The notes beneath the pieces are model-generated. The model saw only the letters and a program-made list of their open reading frames with translations, did not search any database and had not been told where the DNA came from. A program made the translations under genes and the position numbers. This document shows positions 63,801-64,000 of a DNA stretch of 64,000 bases, one piece after another. Within the stretch, counting starts at the first letter, position 1, and the number at the start of each line of letters is the position of its first letter. Source of the stretch: Octopus sinensis (taxonomy: Eukaryota); contig NC_043001.1 in the NCBI RefSeq assembly GCF_006345805.1, positions 65,038,001 through 65,102,000 of the forward strand, written 5' to 3'.

Positions 63801-64000
63801 CATCCAATTCATTCCAAATAAATTATTGGTGTTATTTAGCACATAAGCCTTTGCTTTTATTGTTCTGCCTCGGAAAGCCATATTGCAATTGAATTCACCT
63901 CTAAACAGTAATTTTCTTCCTGAAACACCTCTTGCAGCTATTGTAGTTTTACTTAGTACCAGTTTATCTAATGCACTTCATGTTTTATCATTTAATATGG
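60898..64000 (-). mobile_element. Gypsy (K02A2.6-like) internal region with deletions; runs off the window end
   Basis: IN zinc finger LKDFHVGHPGMSCMKALMRSYVYW, PPYHPRSNGQVER, upstream NLFGMNWMEKF...FPDVFSHELG. Confidence 0.85.
62490..63300 (-). mobile_element. Penelope-like GIY-YIG fragment nested in the Gypsy element
   Basis: VCLPYVKGLSKKIQKIC...VFKSNTTL...VYSIPCSCG. Confidence 0.75.

Overview
This is AT-rich, repeat-dense eukaryotic DNA. It is almost certainly a metazoan, and the tRNA-derived SINE families and (GAT)n-tailed RTE repeats suggest an Octopus/coleoid genome (inference). One host gene runs across it on the + strand. Eight exons (8561-8769, 10903-11077, 22385-22572, 23400-23584, 25475-25560, 33710-33852, 45485-45548, 47018-47135) have GT-AG boundaries and splice in one open frame; a possible last exon lies at 54230-54341. 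The product has a SEA-like ectodomain, an RKKR basic site and one TM helix, and resembles the UPF0606/DUF3827 (KIAA1549-like) family. The gene start lies upstream of the window. The introns hold many transposon relics: four mariners, a Buster-type hAT with a perfect 8-bp TSD, a CMC/Chapaev-like element, two Gypsy and one BEL/Pao relic, RTE, RTE-X, CR1/L2 and R4-like LINEs, three Penelope-like elements (PLEs), SINEs and microsatellites. The most striking signal not visible in the ORF track is a set of 10 type-I hammerhead-ribozyme motifs from about 7 sequence families. Seven of them lie within 5.5 kb of one intron, most sit in inverted-repeat or fold-back arrangements, and one pair is fully consensus. 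Also notable are a GC/CpG-rich near-intact CR1-like LINE (horizontal-transfer candidate) and two locally templated insertions with microhomology junctions. No rRNA, genuine tRNA gene or CRISPR array was seen. Coordinates were counted by eye. Exon, TIR/TSD and ribozyme limits should be accurate to a few nt; limits of decayed elements are approximate.
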